Below, piece by piece: positions 27,201 to 40,000 of a DNA stretch of 64,000 nucleotides. Positions within the stretch are counted from its first letter, which is position 1; each line of letters opens with the position of its first letter. A model generated the notes under the pieces. It did not search any database, was not told the DNA's origin, and saw nothing but the letters and a program-made list of their open reading frames with translations. The position numbers and the translations under genes are program-made. The DNA is from Haliotis rufescens (lineage: Eukaryota), in the NCBI RefSeq assembly GCF_023055435.1, contig NW_025964223.1, positions 11,780,001 to 11,844,000 on the forward strand, read 5' to 3'.

Positions 27201-27858
27201 CGCAGCCGTAGTCTAGTTTTTATCTAATTAGTGATATGTAGAGAGAGAGGAGGGTATCTTTGGATGCTCCCCAGTTAGAGCCAGTTAGGCATCTTAGGGT
27301 GTTTAGGTCTTTACTGCATTTAGTTGTTAGGTTTTGGACGTGAGCATCCCAGGTGAGATGTTCATCGAAAATAAGTCCTAAGAATTTGGTTTGTTTTTGA
27401 AATTTGATTGTTTGATTGTTTAGCTGGAGGATTGGGGAGGCGGGTTTCATGTTTTTATGTTTGAATACTATTCCTGTTGTTTTTTCTGAGTTAAGGGAGA
27501 AGCCCCATTTGTCAGCCCATTGTTGTATTTTATTAAGAGATTTTTGGAGTAAATTTTGGACCATGTTCATGCTTTTAGTGCGGATCCAGATGGCTCCATC
27601 ATCCGCGAATTTTGATGTGTTTACTTTAGGGGATAGGCCCTCGAATAGATCGTTTATCATTATATTGAAGAGGGTGGGGCTGAGGATACTGCCCTGTGGA
27701 GTACCATTTTCTAGGGGACATTGGTCCAATAGAGTTTGGTCTATACCCACGGTTATTTTACGATTGTTTAGGAAGTCCTGGATGTAGTTTATTATCTGAC
27801 CTTTGAGTCCTATTTTTTTAAGTTTTTGTATTAGCCCATCGTGCCATACCATGTCGAA
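24241..27858 (-). mobile_element. 5'-truncated non-LTR retrotransposon (I/Nimb-like): RT, RNase H, CCHC finger, second RNase H-like frame, 3' UTR
   Basis: RT motifs FDMVWHDGL, GTPQGSILSPTLFNIMINDL, FADD. RNase H motifs IYTDGS, FTAEL, TDSLS, WIPAHVGIYGNENADKAAK. Finger CPHCKQPETPEHALIHC. ORF2 stop at 25867-25869. 3' end GCGGTCGTAAAATCCCTCAAATCTCTCTC near 24241. Frameshifts fall in homopolymer runs. Confidence 0.9.
25588..25730 (-). mobile_element. Short 3'-end fragment of a LINE/SINE inserted into the second RNase H-like frame
   Basis: GC-rich block in an AT-rich ORF, ending (minus strand) in GCGCACGTTAAATCTCCA(AAGT)n. Confidence 0.65.
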
Positions 27859-27859
27859 A

Positions 27860-28361
27860 GTAGGTATGGGCATGATATATATACATAACAATAAATAGAT
27901 GTTTATATAACAGATAAGGTTGGTGTACACTGATTGATAGGTAGTTATGATAAGACAAGTTTATACAAGAGATAGGATTGATTACAGTGATTGATAGGTA
28001 TGGGATTAACACAAGGATTACTAAGAAGAAATGTATGGGAAGCCAGTGGGGAGATAATAGTTCAGTGTTGTTTTGGCGAGCTGATGAGATCATGGTAAGC
28101 TGGAGGGATGTAGTATCCTTGATCTCTGTTTATGGCTGGCTGAATTCTTTTGATGTCAATGGCTTCTCTAAATTTTCTGAGCTTGAAGTCTTTCTGGTTT
28201 CTTGTTAAGATGTTGACGTTGACACTCAAATCCACCCCAGCCATAATATTAAGTGGGACAACGTCAACATCTTAACAACAAACCAGAAAGACTTCAAGCT
28301 CAGAAAATTTAGAGAAGCCATTTACATCAAAAGAATTCAGCCAGCCATAAACAGAGATCAA
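27860..28361. mobile_element. Penelope-like element fragment: GIY-YIG endonuclease C-terminus in two inverted copies plus 3' UTR
   Basis: Minus strand reads NVNILTRNQKDFKLRKFREAIDIKRIQPAINRDQGYYIPPAYHDLI. Plus strand 28254-28361 reads WDNVNILTTNQKDFKLRKFREAIYIKRIQPAINRDQ. About 100-bp inverted duplication. Confidence 0.8.
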
Positions 28362-29977
28362 GTTATCATCACTGGGTCAAACACTTCTGTTCAATTAATA
28401 TATATAGTTTTCTTTAATCATGTAGGTATAACAATACTTTATATGGATAACAAAATGCTTCCAAATAAGGTGATCCCTCTGAGTTTTGAGGTTTATTTGT
28501 AAGGACCTGTGTCGGGCAAAATAATTATTGCATGTAACTATAATGGTAGTTTACTGATGTGGCTTCTGTATCTGAATAGCTACGTCCTTGCTGCCTGCCA
28601 AGATGACGTAATAACAACAAGCAACATCGACTGGGAATTACGATGGACAATTCAAAGAGGAAGATTACAAATGTCATTAGGCAATTTGTGTGCCATCTGA
28701 TTCACAAAACGTTTAATAACACGAATTGGCGATTGATATGCTTTGACAGTAGCACTGGATGTCATATTTATGAGAAACATGTTCATGAATAGTGATGTTA
28801 AATGCTGCATCCTTTGGCACGCCAGAAACCTATGATTGTGGGTTCGAATACCAGTTCGCCCCAAATATGTTTCTAGGTTTGTCAGCACCATATCCGTGCT
28901 CGTGGGTTTCACCAAAGTGGTAAATGTCTGAGACCTGCATCACTTCGAGCTTTCCTCACACATTAAGCTGACACGCCTCGATATGACTGGAATAGTGTTA
29001 AAAGCAGCGTTGAACCCAACTCACTCACATAGTTCAGAATTACCATCAACTTTAATACACGTCTTCAGATATCATCAAATACGATTCTGGGTTCCTCTGT
29101 ACGTTATTCATTAGATTTAATAAAATTTATAACTCAAATTGCTTGGCTTTAGCCAAATTCAGTAACTGCATTGCGACCTAAACCAGCTGTTACAAAGTTG
29201 AAAATGGCGGGCGTCAGCAAAACACGTTGCTACGCCCTGATCACAAATTGACACAGATATTGGTAAATATCGAGCTGCTAAGGGATTTTGATCTGTTTGT
29301 TGAAGAAGGAAGGTATGATTAATCTTTATCTTATGGTTAATCAGCGTAACTATGCTTAGAACGACAAATTCTTCAAAAGTTACGGTCAATGGAAAACTCT
29401 TGAAAAAGATAAACAAGATCGTTTTGACAGACATCGATGCTTATGAGGTACTGCCATATCCTAAACAATATAAATAACATGATGGCATTGAGATGTGATT
29501 ATTCTCCGAGATAACAGTATGTTATGAAGCTCTATAACAGCATGCTATGATCCTCTGATAGATTTCTTACCAAAACGAATTACGAAACATTGAATTACGT
29601 GAAAACGAGGTTCGCAAAAATATACTGGTGTATACCTGCAAAACTTACACTGTCATATAACCATCAAAAATACAACAGGGAAATATGTAGGAAATATTTC
29701 TAATTTTTACATGCTGTCAGAACTTACACAATATTACAATAAAGATATTTTAATATTTATATATTCTTTGCGATGGTCATCACAATACATTATAAGTGTA
29801 TAGATAGAATTATGAAAGAATGTTTCATAAAAAATAAGATGTGATTTGCCTATATACAAGGGCTGATCAAAAAGTTCTAAGCCTGACTAACTTTCAACTA
29901 TGTACCATAATAAAGTGAACCAGTAAATGTAATACATTGTTTGAGTAGTTCATTGCAAGTGTTTTTGGTCTGTTTGT

Positions 29978-30262
29978 GACAGGTAACTACTAGATGGCAT
30001 GGCTGTGAGGGGTGACAGGTAGCAGCTTGATGGCATGACTGTATGCTATGTCAAGTATCTACTTGATTACATGACTGTCAGTTGTTAGAGGTAACTACGT
30101 GATGGCATGATTGCATGCAGTGTGAGGTATCAATTTGACGTCATGAGTGTATGCTGTGGTTGGTAGCTACGATATTATATGACTGCATGCTATGCCAGGT
30201 AGCTATTTGATGACAATACTGTATGAGGTATCGGGTAGCTACTTGATGGCATGGCTGGATGC
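29978..30262 (+). repeat. Degenerate ~37-bp tandem repeat just past the PKS stop
   Basis: Recurrent AGGTA(A/G)CTACTTGATGGCATGACTG. Confidence 0.75.
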
Positions 30263-30296
30263 ATGCTGACTGTAGATTAAAGGATATATCTTGTTT

Positions 30297-33200
30297 TTAT
30301 TCCTGTTGGACGTTTTTCCTCCATTCGTCATTAATATTATTCGATATTTGGGTCACCGTCGCAATTTCGACGTTCAGTGTTGTTGGCGAGGACTGAACAT
30401 GTGTGTCGTCATGATTTGCGTGGTGGTTTGTATGTAATTCATCGAATCAACACCCTGTTCTCTGGTTCCCTATTCAAAATCAAAAGTGCTGTCCAGCATG
30501 GCTGCTTCAATAACATAGCTTTCACATACTCTACGAGTTTCAACATGGCTTCCTTTTTTGAGATTTTGCTCATTTCGTTCAGATTCAAAGTTGTATGGGA
30601 AGCTGGTCGAACAGAAGAGGTTGCAGATGGATAAAGAAGCAGCCGAAAACGAGACGCAACATTTGGGTTGTTTTCTCTTTGAAAAGTCTCCTCAAACTTT
30701 GCCATATGAAGACCACACATCACATCTGTGGTTTGTTTAACAAAAGAACATGTTTTAGACATTCTGTTCTTTTTCTGTATGATGTTATATCCATATAACT
30801 CAAGAATATTTATGTTCTTTTCTTGTAGCATTCCCATTTGCAGAGGGCCCCAGTTAACAGTTTGTCCACTCTGACCATTTTTATTCCGCACATGCGCAAG
30901 GCCATCCATAAAACCATTCCCAGCACTGTAGTTTGATTGTCCAGCGTTTCCAAAGACCGGTGTTACAAACGAAAACAGCACAAAGTAGTGCAGTGGGAGA
31001 TACTCTGTCAGGAGATGCAGGTTCCAGGATCCAGCAACCTTGGGAGAAGAAGCTGTGTGGAACTTCTCTCTTGTCATGCCCGGAAGTAGTCCATCCTCAA
31101 GCACAGCAGACCAAAAGAACACCCCTTTCAATGGGAACATCGGGAAACTAGTTTTCAACTCCGACAATGCTGATTTCAGCGCACTGATATCCTGAACATC
31201 AGCTTGCACTGATGTCACACTACATCCATAGTCCTTGGATATCTGTTCAATGTCTGCTTTTTTGTCATCGGTAGGATTACGTCTACTGAGAATTGCAACA
31301 CATCCTGCTCCTTTGCTAGCCAAATACAAGACGCATTCCCATCCCAATCCAGTCAAACCTCCAACAACAAGATACATTCCAGTCTTATCAAACAGCATAT
31401 CCTCTAGTATACCCACTTGTTCAGTTTGGAGGCTTGCATCGCTGTAAATATTCCATTCCTTTCCGTTTGGGTAGTTCGGTAAGGTCAAATGGTAGAGGCT
31501 GCGACACTGGAGAGTCACACAAGGACTTGAAACACAGCAACATTTCATCCACATTTCTGCTGCTGTCCTTAATCCAGCTGTACAAGTTTAGAATATGTGC
31601 CTCCATTTCATTGAATGAAAGAATTTCCAAAGACCTCACAATGGATACTTTCACTTGTAATCGGTCACATTTCACCAGTTTTAAAATGGAGGTTTTCATC
31701 ATATTTTTGAAGCAGACAATACGCTCTTGACAATGCTATTTCTGAACAACCATTTGTGCTAGCTCTGCAGTTATCTGTATTGTAGATATGACCACTGGGC
31801 TTCCATGGTGGGATGGTATTTCATCAGGTGTCAACATTACAACTGTCTGTGTTTGTGTGGTCAACAAAAGAGCCTTCATTGCCTCAGCATACTTCTTCGT
31901 CTGGTGTGTGTACAGTATTGCAGTGGCTTTCATCAATTGATCAAATAATCATCAAATGCAATAAAGTCTCAGCATGTATCCAGTTTCATACTTGTTAAGG
32001 TACTTCATTTCCATCACAAATGATGTTCGGACACAGGTCTTTGGCATGACTAGATGTTGGTAGCAATTAACAGCTGTTGTATCCGTATCAGATGTCTCAG
32101 TTGAACTGCAACTGAATGGGTAGTGAACCTACCTTCTTCCACTGGCGTCTGAGATACTTGCCTTGAAATCTTAAGGAAAGTTTTGTAATAGTTTCTCTCG
32201 TTTTTGAAACTAAAATTGTTTCCATGCCATTTCTTTGCTGTTCAGTCAAACATATGGTGTAGTTATTATCAGTTGGTCATACACCTGTCCATAGAACTGT
32301 ATGTGGTTTATCTTGATCTCTGGATAGTTTTGGATTTCTAAAACCCCGCTTATAACAATCTGAAACAGGTGTCCGAGTCTTCCTTCAGTTTTAGAAGCTT
32401 TATGGCCCGATGAAGGCCTGAATACCTTCATCAATACAAGCTTGTTCATCATGCCTCTTGTTCGCATTGAGGCGATCAACAGGAGTAGTTTCTGTCTTGA
32501 TAAAGATTGGTATTTTGAGAATATTGTTGGACATGTAGAGGAGTAGAGATCTCAGTAACATGATTATATCCTCCAAGCATTTCTCCAGATACGAACCATC
32601 CTCTGTTTTCTCAGGCATTGCTTGAAATAGGACAGCCACTGCTGATGCCTGTTGTAGTTCAAGAGGAAAACTGCTCCCGAGTAAAGTGGAATTATCATGA
32701 GTTCTCCATGGCACTGAGGTGAGTGAGCTGTCACAATTGCAGAACATTTCATCTTGAAATGCGTTGCTGTTACAGGCTGAAACATCTTGATCTAGGCTGA
32801 ATTTCAAAAGCAACGTTTCAGACATTAAATATCTCCACACCAATCACCTTCAACGTGAAAGCTGCAATGTGCGCGATGACCTATGCATCCATTGTCAGTA
32901 ATGATAGTGTGTTTCTGTTTCTTGGATAACCTTAACATTGACGAGCATGTTCTTTGATATATTGTTCTTGACAACCTTTCAGAAAAAAATGGAAGCATCT
33001 CTTTGATGTTTGTTGCCACTGTAACAGGTGTTTGTAACATTCCATCAAGAACACCAGGATGAAGAACTGTAAGTTCCATTTCATTTCCAAGCTGGGATCC
33101 ATTGTCAATCAAAGTAAGACTTTCTTTTTCAGCTACCTGGCTATTTTAGATAGCAGACATTATTACCCCATAGCTGAATCCAGCCTTGTCTAACTTCTTA

Positions 33201-34517
33201 TAAATATCCTCCTTTATCAGCGTTTGCTTACATCGTCCTAATTGATAGCACATCCAGAGTTTGCCTGATCACTGCTTCTGCGTATGCTGTAGTATCTTTC
33301 CTGATAGCGACTGCCATCACACATTTGGGGATATATGTGTTATCCTTAATTTCAATGTTTGTAATGTGTCCCCTATTTAGGTTAAACAGCATTTTTAAAG
33401 ACACGGATATGTTCACTACATTGTGTTCACTTAAAGCTATCCATTTGCAATGGAAAGTGCAGCCTCGGCATCCACGGCACCTGGAAGAATAATTGTTCCT
33501 TGCACCTTGTGCTCAAAAACACTTTTAAAACTGTTTGGATCAATAATTATTCTTGCAGATCCAGATTCAACAGTGCCCTTCAGAAACAGATGACCTCCCG
33601 AATTCTCTGTTCTACCCATAAGCATTTGGTGTTCAGTGTCAGATACCAATAGAACAGGTTTTCCATTGAAAACATAAGCTGGATAACTTGTTGCCTGCAT
33701 CTGTTCATCAAAGAAACTGTTCCACCTGATGCTGACTCCAGGGGTATACAGTACACTCAGAGCATTATACATATCAATGTACTTTGATCCTTTGTGGATA
33801 GATGAGACAGTTGTTACATCCAGAGATGTGTGCTTGAAAATATCCCGTATGTGGGAATTTAATACTGGTTTGGGGCCTAACAAGATATTGTTATGGAAAT
33901 TGTGAGCAGCCTTCATAATGGCATCACAGAACCTGACTGGTTCCCTTATGTTCCTACCCCAGTAGGTAACAGACCTTATGGCTTCTTCATTTAAGACTAG
34001 GTCAACTGATGAAATGAATTCTGTTTCCATCTTTGATGTTTGCAAAGGAAATAACACTTTGTCCAGCTGGTCTTTAGATGAAGCCATGGAGGGACTGTGG
34101 AAAGCTCTTGTAACAGGAAGTTCATAAAACAGTGTGTTACTGTCTGAAATATGCCCCAATTCCTCTTTGACTGACAGAACAGCCCTCTCATCGCCACTGA
34201 TAGTACATTAGACTGGGCTGTAGTGAAGGGCGACAACTGCCTGATTGTGATGCTTCCTGCATGCTGTCTTTACTTGTTCAATGTCAACATTTCGGATAAG
34301 CATCATCTTTCTACTTGGCACCATAGCCAGGATCCGAGTCCTTTGGAGAATGACCCTGACAGCATCATAAAAGGACAGGATTCCACCAATGTGTGCTGCA
34401 GCCAACTCCCCCACTGACTGACCAACAACAGCTGCAGGCTTCACTCCCCCAGGATTCCCAGAGGTGAGCTAGAGACACCTGACAAGCAAAGGTGGCAATA
34501 GGAACAAACAAAGGATC
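30297..34517 (-). pseudogene. Type I polyketide synthase remnant: AT, DH, degenerate linker/ER-like region, KR, ACP; no KS in the window, no TE
   Basis: AT: LWESWG..KPAAVVGQSVGELAAAHIGG, RAFHS, YWGRNIREPVRF. DH: FEHKVQGTIILPGA and LHPGVLDGMLQ. KR: YLVVGGLTGLG and GNAGQSNYSAGN. ACP: GVDSM near 30440-30455. Stop at 30297-30299. The frame is broken into about ten fragments by frameshifts and stops. Confidence 0.88.
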
Positions 34518-34519
34518 TG

Positions 34520-34930
34520 TCATACCAAGAAAAATGAACACACCATGAGGTATGTAGATATACAATGATGTTTGCAGTCATACCCTGAAAAGAAAGTGAA
34601 CACACCATGACGTATGCAGATATACCATGACGTATGCAGATATTCCCAGAAAAGTGAACACACCATGACGTATGCAGATATACCCAGAAACGTCAACACA
34701 CCATGACGTATGCTGATATACCCAGAAAAGTGAACACACCATGCCGTTTGCAGGTAAACCCAGAAAAGTGAACACACCATGACGTATGCAGATATACAAT
34801 GACGTATGCAGATATACCCAGTAAAGTGAACACATCATGACGTATGCAGATATCCTTCGATGTATGCAGATATCCCAAAAAAGTGAACACACCAAGACGT
34901 ATGCATATATATCATGACGTATGTAGATAC
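34520..34930 (+). repeat. Composite ~38/20-bp minisatellite abutting the PKS AT exon
   Basis: Unit ATACCCAGAAAAGTGAACACACCATGACGTATGCAGAT with sub-repeats. Confidence 0.9.
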
Positions 34931-37014
34931 ACTACTGCCTAGAAGTTCATTCCCCTTACACGCATGGGCAACGCGTTACGCAACCAGTGTGCATCGGGTT
35001 GGTCACGTGTGTGATACCCGTGTGCAACGCGTTGCACACGGGTGTGCTCCCCGTCCGCCACTCGTGTGCAACGCGTGACACACTCATTAGAGGGGGAACA
35101 AACTTTTGACCAAAGGAGGACCCGTCTTAAGCTGAACCTGGAGGTGGTAACAAGGAGAGAAAATTTTGTTATCCTGACGAAAAATGATAATACACATGTA
35201 TTTGCTAATGTCTCCTTTCTTTATGTGATTTTGTGGGAATAACATGAATACTGTTGTGTTTAAATAGATCTGTCTTGTTTTAAACGACCATTGCTTCTAA
35301 ATCCGATGGTGTTAAGAGAATACATGGTCCTGGAACATGTTATTGCAATTGAAATGCTTTTATTGTGATTTGACATTAACCGTCTGTAGTATGACTTTCA
35401 GTGATAATATGTATGAGGTTTGGCGGCGCATTGTTTTTATTGGACCCTAATTACTTTATGATGACTTGGACTCTTTACCTCAGCTCCATAGCCGTGAGGC
35501 TGGAAAAGAGCAGCATGTAATTAATGAGGGTGGGTTATATCATTGAGGATACACTTGAGGGAGAGAATACTAATTACCGTACTACAGGAAGAGACCTGTG
35601 TTTTAGCTGGCCGTTCGATAATGGCCGCCAGGAGAAGTGAGCTTTGACTGCGTCATCTAAAATAAATAATAAGATACAGCAGTGTTATTTTCACGGGTCT
35701 GTTGAATAAACTCCCAGCGCTACTGTCAATGTATCTTCTACTTGATCCTTGATACATCATTTTGGCATTCACAATATATAGTATTTCAACGTACAAAGGA
35801 GCACTGATCTAAAGCAATTCCGCGGGAGTAGTTGTTACCTGTGCATTACTCTATTTTCCCAGTGAGTACCCGGATGATATAGCAGAAATCTAGACTTGTT
35901 CGCGACCTGTGCTCGCCATTCGTAAGCGCATTTTTATTGAAAGTAGAAGGACGTATGATCACATTGATCAACAAAAATGAAATACAGTTTTGGAAATGTA
36001 GGTATATTTGTGGGGAGCATCGGTAATGGTGATGCAGTTTTGGTAAGTCACTTGCTTGGTAATTGTGCGATCTTTGTGTACACTATTTTGACTTGCAACA
36101 CAAAGTAAATATTTCATCTGAACATTGCTTATTTTACCGTGTGTATATGTTTACATTCAAAATGTACACAGATTTCACTAAGGAAATTTATTAAACGCCT
36201 AAATATTCAGTTTATTTTAAAAATTAACTGAAAAATATGTCCATCTTTATTAATATGATAACGAATTCCAAATATTTGTTTATGTTTAATATCATCACCA
36301 AGTACAGTTCTGTATTGTTTGGCTTCTTTTCTTAGCATAATTAATATATTGTGATGTGTTTAAGCTCTTTTGATCGTCTTTATCATTTTTAGTCAGTCGG
36401 TTAAATAAATGAATGGATTATTCAGTCAATTTGTAAAATGACTGAAATATTTAGATATTTAATAAATTGCCTGAGTGAATCATATTTTACACATTGACTG
36501 TAACATATACACGCTTACAAGTGGTTGCGTGTTACCATGGTCACATAGCTGGTTGTGTCACCTGATTGGTTATGAGTGAGTGAGTTGGGTTTAACGCCGC
36601 TTTTAACAGTATTCCAGTCATATCACGGCGAAGTGATGCAGGTCTCAGACGTTTACCACCTGACGGGTATGGTGCTGCCAAACCTAGAAACATAATCGGG
36701 GCGAACCAGGATTCGAACCCACAATCATAGGTTTCTGGCATGCCCAAGGGACGCAACTCTGCACAGCAAATCGCGAATGGTTGTGTGTCACCTGGCTGGT
36801 TGTGTTCAGTTAAAAAGAAGGGGCAAACTTTCTTACTATCAACTCCTTAATACCCATCTCCTTCATGGTGAAGTGAGATTCACGATTTTGAAGATGGCGC
36901 AAAAGTATTTCTCTTGCTGTCACATTTAGAGTCGGAAGAGACCACCTGATCACTTTTAATGAGTGCCCTGTAGCGCACTAAAAAACAAATTTGTTTCCAT
37001 CTCTGTTGTTTCAG

Positions 37015-40000
37015 CTTGTCCTTCGTCAACAGCCTGTTCCACAGTGTTGCTGCTGATGACTCTCTCTGGAAGACACAGTGTGATAAATGTTTCTTGCTGC
37101 AGGAGTAAGTCTTACCACTGCTCACAAATAGGTTGGCTGGTTGGTTGGTTTGTTGTTTAACGCCTCACTCAACAATATTCCAGCTTAGAAACGGCGGTCT
37201 GTAAATAATCGAGTCTGAACCAGATAATCCGGTGATTGATATTATGAGCATCAATCCACGCAATTAGGATCGATGACATGCATCAACCAAGTCAGCAAGC
37301 CTGACCACCCATTCCCGTTAGTCGCCTCTTTCGGCAAGCATAGTCGCCTTTTACGGCAAGCATGGGTTGCTGAAGACCTATTCTACTCCGGATCTTCACG
37401 GGTCCACAATTAAGTAGCATCTGATGTAGGACGCATTGTACATGTTCCCATCCTCTACCATATATAACAGTCCAGTATTCATGCAATGGAATGGATTTCA
37501 GAATCCGGATGTTGATTTTGTGCCCCAGTATCCTTTAGTGTTTTCATTTCAGCACTTTTTTCTTATATTTTTATTTCACCTGAACCAAAATTTTGTAAGA
37601 TCACTTCCAGGAACTTCCTGATGTATCTCTATTTCCATGGAAACTCCTCCTCTATGCATCTCTGTGTTTCCAGATCATTTCCGGATGTCTCTATGTTTCT
37701 GTGGAACTTCTTATATCTCTGGGTATTTCTTCTGACAGATGCCCTGAGGAAAGTTCATGGAAGGAGTTGTTTGTCAAGTATTATGGAAACTATGGCGATG
37801 TCCTCGGTGTCTACCCAAAGATTCGCACAGCATGGAACAAGATCATGGGCTACCTGAAGAAGTATGACAAGGTCATCACTGGCTCGCTCCTTCGTAAGTC
37901 CCAGGATGCCAAGTTGCCTTTCTTGTGTGTGTGTGTGTGGTGGTGGTGTGTGTCTGTCTGTCTGTGTGTTATGTATTAATGTGTGTGTTGTCTAGTAATG
38001 TGTGTCTGTCTGTGTGTGCATGCGTGTCTGTCTGTCTCTGTGTGTATCTGTGTGTGTGTTTTTCTCTCTCTCTCTGTGTATGTATGTCTGTATCTGTGTG
38101 AGTGTGTTTCTCTGTGTGTTTGTGTGTGTTCTGTATCAATGTGCTTCTATGTGTGTCTGTACATGTCTGTCTCTGTGTGCGTGCATGTCAGTGTACGTGC
38201 GTGTCTGTGTGGGGGTGTCTGTATGCGTTTCTGTATGTGTGTCTGTGTATGTGCTTGAGAGACTAAAACCACACAATGGCACAATTATCTACACACTGAA
38301 GCACTATTCTGGTTGGCTACGAGATCCATTCCCTATTTTGAGCACCTGCTATAACATGGAAAGAATCACAGAAGTAGGGACTCGACTATACTTTAATCCC
38401 AGTTTATCTGCCCAGTCACATCAGAAATTCTATCAGCAAAGATGATCCTCTGATGCTGCTTTCTGAATTTTCAGCTCCAGCCACTGAGGAACAGTTACGG
38501 GAGGCAGAGAATAAACTGGGCTGCCGTTTCCCCGATGATATGAGGTGTTCCCTGAAGATTTATAATGGACAGAAACAAGGGGCTGGGCCAGGGTAAGTGG
38601 CTTCTTGTACAAGCTGCTCAGGACATTTTCAAGTTATGGGAAACATTAAGACCTCTTTTTATATGTTTACATGAATGACATCTGACATGTTTTCTTTCTG
38701 TCACTTGCAAAATTTGGACATGATCTAGTATAGGAGTATGCCTCAAAGAATATATAAACTTTTGAGGCAAATGTGTCCATGTCTTTACCAACATCTAAGA
38801 AATTCAGCTTTAGCCAAGCATTTGTTCATTTTCAGATATTAGGAAAATTCTTACTGCAAAATTCTAGAATTGGCAGTTTGCTCATGTTTTTGCCATACAT
38901 TTTGGTGTTTATTTTTTTGCGTGTTTAAAAAAACAGCATTGTAATTCTCATTCATAAGAACACAGGTCATTAATTATGTGATGACATGTAAATGGTTTGC
39001 TTGTATCTTGAACAATTCAGATTTAGTTGGTCCAGAAAGGGTCCTTTTCATACCGTTTAGTTTAAAGAAATCAATGATTTTAGTGTAAAATATAAACATC
39101 CTATCAAAGAAATGTTTGTACATATGTTATAAGAAGGCTGTCATGTTTAAATAACCACATTTCATGACACATCATCGAAGTGTGTCACCAGTGTCTTGGC
39201 AATATCATTGGTACAGGCAAACCATTGGCTACTATGTGAGCATAGAACCCTGTCATGATCGTATGGAATGATATTCTAATGAAACACGGTCAAACCCAAA
39301 CCGTTTCTTGTATGGGGATCCCCATCCAAGACCTAATCGGAGTCCACAGTCAGTGTTCCACCAGTCCCAATCAAAGACCTAATCGCAGTCCACAGTCAGT
39401 GTTCCACCAGTCCCCATCCACGACCTAATCATGGTCCACAGTCAGTGTTCCACCAGTCCCCATCCGCGACCTAATCATGGTCCACAGTCAGTGATCCACC
39501 AGTCCCCATCCACGACCTAATCGTAGTCCACAGTCAGTGTTCCACCAGTCCCCATCGAAGACCTAATCGCAGTCCACAGTCAGTGTTCCACCAGTCCCCA
39601 TCCACGACCTAATCATGGTCCACAGTCAGTGTTCCACTAGTCCCCATCCACGACCTTATCGCAGTCCACAGTCAGTGTTCTACTAGTCCCCATCCACGAC
39701 CTAATCACAATTCACTGTCAATGTTCCACCAGTCCCCATCCACGACCTAATCGCAGTCCACAGTCAGTGTTCCACTAGTCCCCATCCACGACCTAATCAT
39801 GGTCCACAGTCAGTGTTCCACCAGTCCCCATCCACGACCTAATCATGGTCCACAGTCAGTGTTCAATCAGTCCCCATCCACGACCTAATCATGGTCTACA
39901 GTCAGTGATCCACCAGTCCCCATCCACGACCTAATCATGGTCCACAGTCAGTGTTCCACTAGTCCCCATCCACGACCTAATCGCAGTCCACAGTCAGTGT

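Noticed and set aside
27860-27930. N-terminal part of ORF 27220-27930 as the RT start
   Set aside because: It comes from the adjacent Penelope UTR; RT homology begins at FDMVW
30297-34517. PKS as bacterial contamination or recent horizontal transfer
   Set aside because: Base composition resembles host genes, it is embedded among host SINEs, it has an acceptor-like start, and animals have native type I PKSs
35750-35752. In-frame TGA as selenocysteine
   Set aside because: It aligns to a Leu rather than a Cys position, and no SECIS element was recognised
37983-38445. Cys/Val-rich ORFs (also 49708-50060)
   Set aside because: Translations of TG-rich microsatellites within introns
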